DNA from: Bugula neritina
Lineage: Eukaryota; Animalia; Bryozoa
Direction of reading: 5' to 3'
Assembly: GCA_964035545.1 (NCBI GenBank)
Contig: OZ037767.1
Span: 30,520,628-30,584,627 of the forward strand
DNA length: 64,000 nucleotides
Part shown: one piece after another, positions 1 to 12,001 of the stretch
Layout of the letters: each line of letters starts with the position of its first letter
How positions within the stretch are numbered: the stretch's first letter is position 1
Translations under genes and position numbers: made by a program
The notes under the pieces: generated by a model
What the model saw: only the letters and a program-made list of their open reading frames with translations
What the model was told of the DNA's origin: nothing
The model's database searches: none

Positions 1-1181
1 TGACTTTCATGCTACAGTATATTGATCTACAATTGATTCATACATTCATTTCATCACCAGTCATTCCACTTATAATGCCTGAACCAACAATAGAATGTTG
101 AAATATTTATTCACTGACACTAAATGTTTGTGTTGCTGGTTGAGAATGTTTACTGAGGCAAAGAGCATGACTTGTGTTGTCCACCTATGCTAAACGTTGA
201 CATTTTTTACATAGTTAGATGCTCTGCTCAGTGCTGTGTTCCCATGCAATAGCCATGCAGGTAAGATGATCCGGCAATCAACTTGAGGGTTAGATAACCT
301 TTTGAGTGTTTACACAAGGCTATAAATTGAAGTTTAGCGGAGTGGAAGTCTCCCCACTGCTGTAAATAGCACAGTTCCATAGCAAACAGAAGAAGGCAGT
401 GTTTGTCAACCTCTCCATAGTCCTGGAGTATAACCCAGTTACTTGTATAACTTGTTAGTACTCACATACTATAGTCTAGGATTAAGAACAGATGAAATCA
501 TGTCTCAAGTTGAGAAAAGTAGTTTCAGCATGCTGCCTGCTATATGTGGTAGCATTCAAGTTACATTGGCAGCTTTGAGCGGCAGCAATACAGTTTCTGG
601 TAGACCTTCACCTGATTGATCATCTGGCATCAGATGTTTTGATGTAAAGCTGCCAAACTAAAAAACCCAATGTAAAATTTGCTCCTTTAGAATTCAGAGA
701 ACGGAGAACTTTGAATAGTCTAAGACTCTAAGTTCTTTCATCTTGATAAATTTTGAATTTGTGTGGGAAAATGTTTCTTCTGCTAGCATCATTGCTGTTT
801 GGTGTGATATAGTGTAATAATATTTTATAGTTATGTATTATAATATCATTAAATTATTATGTTGTCATACATAAAGTGCTACAACATTACACCATGTGTG
901 GTTAGGATATTAGTGCAAGTAAAAGAACTTAGTATTGATTTGTCTGTCTACTGGATGGAGATTAGATGCAGTAGCTTGTAGCAGTTTACAAAGACTATAA
1001 ATCCATACGGCTGTGTTACATGGCAATACTAAGTCTAATCAGGATTGAAACAGGCGATTGAGTTAGTCTGTTTCAAGTCCCAGTCTGGGACACTGAAATG
1101 TACTTGGTGATGAGAGAAATGTTTAAAGGTTGTATTTCTGTACAAGGTGAGATGCTGTAACCACAATCCTTTGTTTTCCAG

Positions 1182-2624
1182 TTGAACGCCAAGTACGACG
1201 CAGAACTTGCTGGGCAATGCATGGTTTGGATCAAGTCTCAGATCCAAGATAGCTCGATGAATACATCAGGGGTGGCTAATAATGTGTATGATGAACTCAG
1301 GTCTGGTCAGAAACTAGCCAGGTGAGGTACTAAGGCTAAATAGTAGCAACTGAGCATGCTCACAGCTGCTTCCTGGTGTATTGATTGTATTAATTAATGT
1401 GGAAAATATAATTACTGAATTATAATTAGAATAGATGTGATAGTTGCCACTGGAGTCCAATGCAACTGTGTAGTCACTTTGATCTCTCATTTCTCTGTAT
1501 GCAATAGTCATTTCCTCGGTGACAAAAGCAAATATAAATTAATCCTATATTAATAGGTTGGTAAATGTGATTTCCCCTGGAAAGATATCCCAGAAGGCAA
1601 TAGACGGTGCAAAGATGACGTTCAAGCAGATGGAGTTGATTAACAAGTTCACAGACGTCTGCAAGAGTCTGGGAGTGCCGGACCACGAGTGCTTCGCCAC
1701 TGTTGACCTCTACGAGCAGCAGAACATGAACCAAGTCATTACCTGCCTAGCAGCTCTTATGAGGAAGGTATGTTACCATGGCGACCAGTACTATTTCCTA
1801 CCTTACTGCGCCAAAGAGCAACTTCCTGCCCCATTAGCTCTGGTCACAGGAAATGACTCATGAAGTACTATTGAGCCATAGCTAAGCCGTTAGGAAATGC
1901 TAGTAGCAGTTTATTAGGCAAAAAGTTGGCAGTGTTTGTTCAGTGGATTATAAAATTCAACAAGGGGCTTTCATTACAGTTATTGAGTTACTGCAGTGAC
2001 CTAGTTAATATTGAAGTTGTTCTTTATCAAGTTTATACATGACCTACTTTTTGCAACAGAAGAAGGCTTTTACTGCTAGACAGTGTCTATTCACAGAGCC
2101 ATGTTCTTGACTTACCCCTTGTTTTATGATATGCTATATAATTGTATGTTTCTCATAAACATTAGCTTAGTGTTACTGTGTGCTGTAGTAGTTACTGTGT
2201 GCTGTAGTAGTCACTGTGAACTGTAGTAGTCACTGTGTACTGTAGTAGTCACTGTGTACTGTAGTAGTCACTGTGTACTGTAGTAGTCACTGTGTATTGT
2301 AGTAGTTACTGTGTGTTGTAGTAGTTACTGTGTACTGTAGTAGTCACCGTGAACTGTGCAATATTGATTTTTACTGTATTACAAGTTTTTTACTCTAGTT
2401 AATTGAAAGGATAACTCCCAGCGATCAAGTTGAATGCAGCTATTATATAATCATGGCTGTTGTAGTTTGGCCTCGGACCAAAAGAAGCTACAAAGAATGA
2501 AAGAGAATTTACAGAGGAGCAGATGAAGGCCGGGCAGACCGTCATTGGCCTACAGATGGGCACAAACAGAGGGGCCTCTCAAGCTGGCATGAGTTTCGGA
2601 AAAGCCAGACATATCGTAGACTAA
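1182..2624 (+). CDS. Calponin/transgelin family (myophilin/MP20-like) actin-binding protein; 5' partial
   Basis: Exons 1182-1321, 1557-1767 and 2466-2624 join in frame with GT-AG introns. They give [17 protein letters not shown]...[10 protein letters not shown]...[19 protein letters not shown] (CH domain) and [39 protein letters not shown] (calponin repeat). The first coding exon was not found in the window. Confidence 0.93.
2171..2358. repeat. Intronic minisatellite, 19-bp unit gtcactgtgtactgtagta, about 10 copies
   Basis: Direct inspection. It ends about 100 nt before the acceptor at 2465. Confidence 0.9.
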
Positions 2625-3580
2625 TTATCTTATCACCCGGTTTTAGATTCTAAACATTTCCGTGACCACATTCTATGATTATATTCCACAAGCATCTATA
2701 TTTTTAAAATATACAATCAACAAAACTGTCGGTAGCTTCATTTAGAATGGCTAATAAATATTATCCAAAACCAATATTATTTGTATGTCTCGTCTCATAT
2801 CTTCTATTTTCCTATTTAATAGATTGATAAAAACTGAAAGCCTACATCTTACCAGTTATGTTATTTAATATGTCTCGGAGCACAAATTAAGTGATCCAAT
2901 TTCTTTCCTCTTTTTTCTTCATCATTTTGATAAATTAATAAAATCATAGTTCAAAGAAATATGCTTGTAGTTTCGACTATACAGTAATATATGAATAAAA
3001 CATTTCTTTTGTTACCAATAAAAGTCTACGTAGATTCTGGTTGTTTTGTGATTCAAATCAGCATTCAAAATAGCAGTGTAGTAAATACAAAAATAAAATT
3101 TATTATAATAGTATTATATAAGATGACAATAAATATTAATGATTTTGAAATCAATAATAGCACCCTGCTTATCACTAAACACTAGCATGATCTAAAACCC
3201 TATCTAATGCTAATTTATGATTTACAACTTTTTTTTTACTCTATTAAGCCAATTTGCTGTTTTTTCTGGGCTCTTTTTCATGCTCCTGAAAGGGGCAGCT
3301 TCTACAAAACAACATGTTCATTTTAATCAGCAAATACAATACATGCACTGCAGTTGAAGTAATAATATACAACAAATATGAAGGCAGTATATATAACATC
3401 AAAATAAGTATATAAATGATTTATATAATTATGATAACTATGGAATAAATCTTATATATGAATGCTGTATAAAATAATCAAAGCAGTTTTTCTCAATCTA
3501 CTCATAATGAAAACCTAACAGATGATGGAAGGCTACTTACAAACATTATTGGGAGTTATCTACTTATATGAGGAAATGTT

Positions 3581-6500
3581 TCAAATATTAGCAAAGAAAA
3601 TTGTAGCCAGCAGAATCTGGGTCAAAGTTAGAGGAGACAGCAGGATGGAAGTCGGGCTGCTATTCACAGAATCTCCAGCAGCTGCTGCCCTGTAACCAAA
3701 CAGACAGACAGATATGATGTGTTCATTGCATCACAAGTCAGCACAGAATATAGAGTTGATCAGACATTTACATTTACTGGTCAATGCGTGTGAACGTATT
3801 GACTTGTCTCCCCCATTTCTAGTGGCTAGCAAATAAGTCTAGCAATAAAATCAAAGCATATATTTGAGTTTTCAATGTCAAGAGATTAAACAAAGTTTAT
3901 ATATCTGTAATATATAGTATATATTACTTGATCTTAGAGTCTTTATTGAATTGATCTATAGTACTGTGTTGTTTTCTGTAACCCATACCAAAAATACTTA
4001 CAACATAATATTTTACTTCAAGAGCAAGTAAGAAACACTTACAGAGAGTTGCCTTCTCTCTTCCTAAGTAACCAAGATTATACCAATTCATGGCATAGAG
4101 TAGACAACTACCATTTCTACTTTATAGCTCAGAGTTATAGTATAACTCTGCAAAAGTCATGGCTTGCACTGGTCGGTATTTTTTGTTAAAACTACACTTT
4201 TCAATTTTATAAATTGATTATTGCCAAAAAAAGTCAGCCCCATTCTGTCTGAAGAATTTAGATGAATAATTTCTTTAAATCTATTTTCTTGTTAAAGCAG
4301 CACAGTGGCCGGGTGGTTAGAGCGTTGACACTAAGCCATGAGCATCAATCCTGGCCGGGCTAATGGTGATCACATTAGGAAAATGCATTCAGTCATAAAT
4401 ACTCCTGTACCATACACAGCCTTTAGTCCACTTCAGAGCCTTCCTTTCTTGGGGGCGAGAGGAGAATATATTTCATTTAGAGAAATCAAATAAAATAGAC
4501 AACTACTAAGCATTACGCTGACTCACCTTACACTTCCTCTTCTAAAGAGAGGGGATCTGCAGCAGCCAGCACAGCATTTCTCTCTGCCGTTACATTGGAC
4601 GTCATCTACACACGACGCATCACAAAAGGTGTCAGGTTTTCTAGGACAGCGACCAGGCTTTAGGATACTAGCAGGAGGGATAACTCTAGTAGTCGGATTC
4701 CTAGTTGATGTGACAACTCTAGTGGTTGTGGTAGTGGTTGGAACTATACAGCAGTGATAACATATAACTTATATATACCATAATATAATATAACACAATA
4801 TAGTATTTTATGACATAATATAATATAATATAATATGATATAACATAATATACGCAATTAACCATATGATTCATGCTAAACTACAACATATCAAAAACCT
4901 CATTGACTTTGGACCAAGTTCAAACAGTCGTGAAAGAATCTATCTTTTAAGCCTTATATACCCAAAACTCCTTTGGATCACAGTTAATAGATGATGCTAT
5001 GTTAAATGTTATAAATTCATTATCTAGTTTGTCTACAAGACGGACTAGTGTCTATAAGGAAGGTCTTTCATGTCACAGACACTTGAGTTTCTCAAGTTAT
5101 TGCTGATACTTGAGTTTCTCAAATTATTCTTAAGCTTACCTGTAGAAGGGGGGAGTGTTGGCTGCAGGATAGGACAAACATCTTCAACAGTTGTCTATAA
5201 ATAAACATGAGCCTTGTGTTATTACGACAATCTAGTTTCTAAATATTAATAATCATATGAAGATATATTATATAAATATTAATCTATCAGGTAATTTATG
5301 AATGAACTAATGAAGCCACCTATAATGTTTAATACGTAGCTTATAAATAAGGATTTAATTGACTTTTATGGGTTAGAAATTTTAATCCTTAATGTTATAC
5401 CTGTATAACCACAAGTCTCAAAACATAAATGTTAATCTATATTTATAAAAAAATTAATTGCATCTTTAATTTATTGCAGCTAATCTGTAAGCTGTTTCTC
5501 TATATTTTACAATGAAGTTTATAGGAGTGGTATTAATTATCACACATGGGTGGAATGAAATCAGGTTAGAAAGCAGTACGATGTTGAGGGATGTATTGAT
5601 AGAGTAGAATACTGTCACCTATAAACAATAAGTTTAGCCTGTGCTCAATACATACATAATTTCCTGGCACATTAGCACCACAGTATGGGTTGATAATAGA
5701 TTGCCATTGTCCTTTCACCGAGTCTATAGTATCTTCTGCGCCACGACACGCATATGTAATGTTGAACCCAAAATAATCATAAAATCCATTTGTTGCTTCT
5801 TCTATACAAGCAAATGGGGACTCAAGGATTCTAAAAATAGAAAAATCCAGTATTTTTACAACAAATAAGGCTTTGAGAGTAGAATGAAATCGTGTGACAA
5901 GAGCAACCAACTCTGTACATGTTTATTCATTTTCTGCCATAGGAACAGTAAAGTTAGACTTTGTTTATATCATTCACTAGCTCAAGATTTTGCAGCTAAA
6001 TGGGTTAATTATCAAGATGTTAATAATTTAACAACAAATCTAGTTGTCATGGTAAAATAGCTTACAACATTTTGGTTTTCAAATCAAAATGGCAATTGAT
6101 GACTCAATATAACTTGCCAACCAATCACTGAAGTTATTTTTAGAAATTCAAACCAAAATGTCCTAGCCATAGTGACATCCTTTTCCAGCTGCCATATGCA
6201 ACAAACTGACAGGTGTCATGTATAACAGTAGCACTTACTGACAGGTGTCATATGCAACAGTAGCACTGACTGACAAGTGTCATATACAACAGTAGCACTG
6301 ACTGACAGGTGTCATGCAACAATAGCACTTACTGACTGGTGTCATATACAACAGTAGCACTTACTGACAGGTGTGTGTCAAGTTGTCAGCCATGGCAGGT
6401 ATGCTGTCCATTCGTTGATAAATTCCATAATTAGCTTCGGTGTCCTAAAATATACATGACATTTGAATTATTATATAGTGGTAAGACACATGTTTTGCAT

Positions 6501-9500
6501 TTGAATGATAATTCAGTATATAATGCTAGACTAGTCTGAGTGAAGAATTGTCTCACCTTTAGCTGTTTGAAGCAAAAGAGCGTGACTATGCCTTTACACT
6601 GGTAATTGTATGTCGCACTCAGACTACACTCCGTGTCCCAAATAAACTTCTGGGACTGCAGAAATCTCCTGGCAGGAGTGCAGTGACCAGAGCAGTTCTG
6701 TCCACTAGCTGACAGCAAGGTTGTCAAACATTCTGCGTGTCTATAAAAATGTAGTCAATAGGGGATGTAAGACATCCGTTATAAGAGATTAGGCAACATA
6801 TTGCAGTAATAACTTAATGCCCCACCCTTAAAAAACCATGCCATGACATCATCAGATGGTTCAAACTAAAGCCTGGCATTTTCAAAGCTGCACCACGAAT
6901 AGGGAAAGAAGGAAAGCAAGACATGAGGTGGTCACTGCGTCACTAGTAAGCCAGTAATCTCTCTCAAACTAAACAGATAGCTGAATCAGTTCTACAGAAG
7001 GTGTCACTAGTAAGCCAGTAATCTCTCTCAAACTAAACAAATAGCTGAACCAGTTCTACAGAAGGTATCAGCAGCCAGATGTAATGGAGATAAGCTAAAT
7101 TATAGCAATAATCTACAGAGATTACATCTGATATAATATTAATCCTTGTTTATTCTATAGGGAGACACCAAGATGGTGCATGTAAGTAAAGCCATCTAGC
7201 CTAGTAGTGACACTGGATGGTGACATCTAGCAGTGACGCTGAATGGTGACACTTCAGCGTGTCACAATACGCTGGTACAAAAAGCAGAAGTGATGTAACC
7301 AAACAACTGAATCTAAACTCACTCTGTGAGAGAGTCACCACAGTTTGACCTTCGGATTTTATCACATCTATGTGTGTCAGCCAATCTGCAGCCTACAAAA
7401 ATTTGTTCAACTCTTTAAGAAAACTAACAAAATTTAGTAATAACTTAAAAAATCTTTCAAATTTGAAAAATGAAAGTTTAACACTTAGCATCTACTAATG
7501 TAAGCTACAATAAAGATTGAATGCATAAAATGGTAATCTGTATGGATATAGTAGATAACGTGTAAATAGTATGTGTATAATATTGCACCGTATGTCTATA
7601 TAGCATATGTGAAGATAATATGTGTAGATAAAAAGCACAACATTCTTGTAGATCATACAAGACTCCTAGCAACATATTAATCCAATTGCGAAAACACTTG
7701 GTCAACAGAAAGCCAATTTAAAAACTTTTTAAAATTTACAAAGCAGAAATTGACAGCAAAAGCATTTAGCTTTAGAACTATAGATAGAAGTAACTTACTA
7801 GTATGACCTGGTGTGTACCTCTCTTCACAGTATAACAGATCAACCCGGCGAGTGCTTTTATAGTCTAAGGAAGTTTCTACCTCTTCAATTTCTGCAGCTG
7901 AGATGTTCATAAAACATTGGTTGTAGCAGTTGAGGACCTCTTTATACTCTCTAGAACCAAATATATTGCAAATGAACTGGTTGTTGTAGTGAAATAGCAT
8001 AGAAATGCTTCATGCCAAGCCCAAAAGTGTCGTATAGAGCTCATAGCTACACAGTACAGAGATCGTGTATCTCACCTGCAAGTCTTAATACCAGCCAATT
8101 CATCAGAGTTGGTAATGTTTGGATTTTGATCATAGAAGTTGAGGTAAGTGTACTGCTGGAACCTGTCATAGGCATACCTGGACTTGATAATACATTCTTT
8201 GCACAAAGCTGAAACAAATCCACGCCATTGTGTACTGCCAACCACAAAGTAAATAAATTGATAGATACGTACCTAGATTAAAAATATAATTTAAAACTCA
8301 ACTAAAAACTGTAACCAAAAGCTTATGTATTTTAAAACAACTATTGCAAGAGCTCACAGCAAACAGATGGAAGAGAAAAGAAACCTGAAGTTTTAGACAT
8401 GTAGAGTAGAGGTTGGGGTTAATATATCAGGATAGTTTAGGTTATGTATTATTTTAATGGTCATTATAGTAATAAATGCAAGCCCACAGTAACATTATTT
8501 TAGTGATTTAATACGATTATAGGATTTACTACCTAATCTGCCCGTAAATGAAAATGTAGTAAGTAGAGAACACAGAAACGTGTCTGATATACCATTTGAT
8601 CTCTCAGCTTTCTACTTTCTAAGCTGTCTTTGTAATGTAAATGAACCATGATTTATTATGTAACATTTAAAAGAATATCTCTCATAGATGCTGACAACTC
8701 AGCTTATGCGAATGAATATTTAAAGATAATTGAACCTAGATATAAGAAATCATGTTTAGAAGAGCACCTCCTAGCACATGCAATGTGTGTCAGTATATAA
8801 CTCACCATCTGCAGCTGGTTGTCTTACACTTCTAGCCCTAAAACCATAGAATAGATAATCCTAGAGACAGAATACAATGGGTAGAATATAATTGCTAGCA
8901 TATGATTAATATAATATAATTAGTATAATCCCCATAATCTATTGTTATAGGCATTATGACTGTGGTAACAAATAATTTGAGCATTATTGTAGTATTTTCT
9001 TTCTGTTGCATAGTCTAGGAGGATAAACAGAAACTACATACATAATATAAATCAGGAATTACTCTAAAAACATAATCTTCTTCAGCTGTCACCTTATGTC
9101 CTGGTGTCCCTACCAGATAACACCATTAGGATTTAGTGTGGAGACTTAGCATTAAGATTTAGCCTAGGATTTAGCAGATAGTCATTATAGCCAGGTGCTC
9201 TCTCAGCCACCATGCAACGCATATCTGTTGGAACTCCATACCAATTTGTAAAGCCAGAAATGCAGAAGTGTTAGGATGCAGATGGGAGGTTACAGATGTA
9301 GTAGTCTACCAGTGTCTACTAGTGACCTAGTTACGTATTTACAGACACACCAGGGGGATACTTTGTCATCCCTTGCTTAAACATATTATCATTCAAACCG
9401 AGCTGAGAAGTCTACCAAAGCGTTACTAAGTAACACATTATAGTTGTAGACTCAAGCCCCTAAGACAGCTGCCCTATCCTCCTGCCTTCCAACTATACTG

Positions 9501-10814
9501 TCTTATTTTCCAATATAAGTCACAATCTATAATCCCACGCCTAGACAATGTGAGCCGTTTAGTTGAGCATCATTGGCTATGGGATCTTTGCTTAGAACTG
9601 AGTGAAATAATGTAACCTCTTTTCACACACCATTAGCCTTTAACTCAGCCCTGCAAGTCACCACTCGTGCTGAGTTACACCACGTACTGATTCAACTGCC
9701 ATTTTAGACTCATAGAGCAGCCGTGGTCTAGGGGTTAAAGAGTACTGGCTTAATAAAACCCAAAGTCATGGGTTCAATCCCCAGTAAAGGCCAATGTTGA
9801 TGTTAGGAAGAGCATCCAGTCATAATTTCTCCTTATTCACAATATAAAACAAGTCCTTAGCACGCTTTAAAAAACTCTTTCTATAGGGGTTTCTCACGAG
9901 GATAGATAATTATAAAAATTTCGTGATTTTTAGACTCAAAATAAATATAAGAGTAATACGCACCCAGCCTTTTTATCTGGGATAAGTCTGTATGCATCTT
10001 CTGCCGAAATTTCTAAAAACTGTTCGTTGGTGATGGCTAACACGGAGACCAGTTCTACAGAATAGAGCTTACTGTGATGTACTGCCTATAATATACTTAC
10101 TATGGTGTACTTACTATAATATACTTACTGTGATGTACTTACTATATGTACTTACTGTGGTGTACTTACTATATGTACTTACTGTGGTGTACTTACTATA
10201 TGTACCGACTATAATATACTTACTGTGGTGTACTTACTATGACATACTTACTATGACATACTTACTGTGATGTGCTTACTGTGATATACTTACTATAATA
10301 TACTTACTGTGATGTACTTACTGTGGTGTACTTACTGTGATGTATTTACTGTAGTGTGCTTACTATAATGTACTTAGAGTTATGTAAACATTCGCATCAA
10401 ACCTATCTGCACCCTGATCATGATTTAAATATTTTCACTTAGAATAACGAGGAAGCATATATTTAGATATCCAGGGATATTGATGTTTTAAAATTATGCA
10501 CATATTGTAACATGTATGAGTATTTATTGTTTATAAGTTGCAATGTATGATGATAGTAATAGTCATGTTACAATATAATATTTTCTATAAATACTATAAT
10601 TGAATTTAAATAATATTTTGACACATGATAAGGAATTTATAAAAATGATTAAGAATATTTCAGCTTCTACATATAAAAAGTCAATTGAGCAAAAAGTGTG
10701 CCTTTTGCTATAAATTACAGACAGTAAAATTGAGCAGTCATTCACCCCATAACTCAAGAATGTCAACTCACCAGTATAAGTCAGAATGATGCCGGCTAAA
10801 GTCAGCAAGTTCAT
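3581..10814 (-). CDS. Uncharacterised secreted/cell-surface protein, 446 aa: signal peptide, Cys-rich domains, Thr/Pro stalk, WAP four-disulfide core, GPI-like C-terminus
   Basis: 12 exons with consistent phases and GT-AG introns: 10772-10814, 9964-10054, 8806-8837, 8076-8208, 7799-7950, 7323-7392, 6557-6740, 6365-6444, 5656-5830, 5140-5194, 4527-4743, 3581-3689 (1341 nt). N-terminus MNLLTLAGIILTYTELVSVLA; stalk PTTTTTTRVVTST; WAP KPGRCPRKPDTFCDASCVDDVQCNGREKCCAGCC; hydrophobic end ILLSPLTLTQILLATIFFANI*. Confidence 0.82.
4297..4465 (+). mobile_element. tRNA-derived SINE, degenerate copy
   Basis: A-box-like TGGCCGGGTGG head. Central attaggaaaatgcattcagtcataaatactcct resembles the core of the SINEs at 9714 and 57586, but the 3' tail differs. 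No clear TSD. Confidence 0.6.
6205..6375 (-). repeat. Tandem duplication of an exon end plus 5' splice site, 30-32 bp x6
   Basis: The minus-strand unit is ACACCTGTCA|gtaagtgctactgttgtatatg. Donor-like GT positions are 6364 (used), 6332, 6302, 6270, 6238 and 6206. Confidence 0.92.
6939..7066. repeat. 64-bp direct tandem duplication in an intron
   Basis: gtcactagtaagccagtaatctctctcaaactaaaca...gttctacagaaggt starts at 6939 and again at 7003. Confidence 0.9.
9714..9927 (+). mobile_element. tRNA-derived SINE (Meta/MESC-domain-like core) with 11-bp TSD
   Basis: A box TGGTCTAGGGG, B box GGTTCAATCC, core gatgttaggaagagcatccagtcataa. Flanked by ttttagactca at 9702-9712 and 9928-9938. Homologous along its length to the copy at 57586-57801. 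Confidence 0.85.
10066..10376. repeat. Intron-edge minisatellite, about 14-bp unit tacttactgtgatg
   Basis: Begins about 11 nt from the minus-strand acceptor at 10055. On the transcribed strand it reads cacagtaagta, i.e. repeated GTAAGT. Confidence 0.9.
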
Positions 10815-12001
10815 ATTAGCAAAGGCAGCCTCCTTATCAGTTCCTTTATGCTCTATGGAACTATACTATGTATATGTTGAATAACCAAATGTTAAGATGT
10901 TGTTAAATTGTTAGATCTGTACTAGAGTTACCAGATATCAACAGCTTTTCACCACAGTACTGTATAACCTCAATTGTGAGCATGCTTTAGGACATGTTTT
11001 AGATTGGAAGTCTGGCAGAAAGTAAATAAATTATTAAAATGTAAAAATGACAATTAATAGAATTGTTCACCATGCATTTTATACAATCAAAATAAAAATA
11101 TTCCCTATCTGCGTTGAGAAGAAACCTAGTAAAGAGCATAAAAAACCAGGTGTTACAGTAAAGTGGAGGTAATCCAAAACTAGAGGGTGAAGGCCGGATT
11201 AATGAACCGTGCAAAGTGATGGGGCGGAACAAATGGCTTTGTACCATGTGAACTGATGAAAGAGACATAATTAAAAAGATATATAAAATAGACTCAAGTT
11301 TTAAAATTTTGTATTTGATGTTTTGGGGTACAGGAGAGAACCATTCGATGAAAGGTGAAATATAACTTTAGAGAGCTAGGTACTGTTACTGGCATCATAT
11401 ATGATGGGATACACTCACTTAACTTCTGATTCTTACATTTCAGTTTATGATTTGTACATTCATAAAGAAGGCTTTCTTCATGGTGGGTTTTCTCTCAATC
11501 GCTGCACCCATTTCACCTGAGCTTATTTTTGTGTAATATTCTGAAATGTTGAAATGTAACTAATCCTAAAGTAGAAGCAAGCGTTTCTGTTTCAAGCTAC
11601 CAGATAACTGGGCAAGGAGAATATGAAGTCTTGTGTACTATAAATGAATCATATAAACTTTACTTAGCAATCATGTGGAGGTTTTCACTCTACATACTCT
11701 TAACCTACAACTTATCTAACTAGTACCAGGCCAATCTATTGTGGGAGTAATACTCAACAGCAATTCAGACTCTATTGTGTAATTATACAGGGTTATATAA
11801 CATATTATTGCAAAGCTATTTACATCAATTGTATTAGTTGATAATTTTTTGATTGTTGGATCAAAGTTCCCAATGCTATGTATATAATTATATATAAATG
11901 GAAGGGGAATCGCTCGTAAAGTCAGGACCCAATGTTTGCATTATTGCACTCACTGTTAGTCTGGGTACCAGGTAGATCGGGTGAGAGTAATCGGTCTGGA
12001 A

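Noticed and set aside
9714-9795. Possible tRNA gene (also 4297 and 57730-57801)
   Set aside because: These are SINE heads: they continue into a shared non-tRNA core, two have TSDs, and there is no clean acceptor stem.
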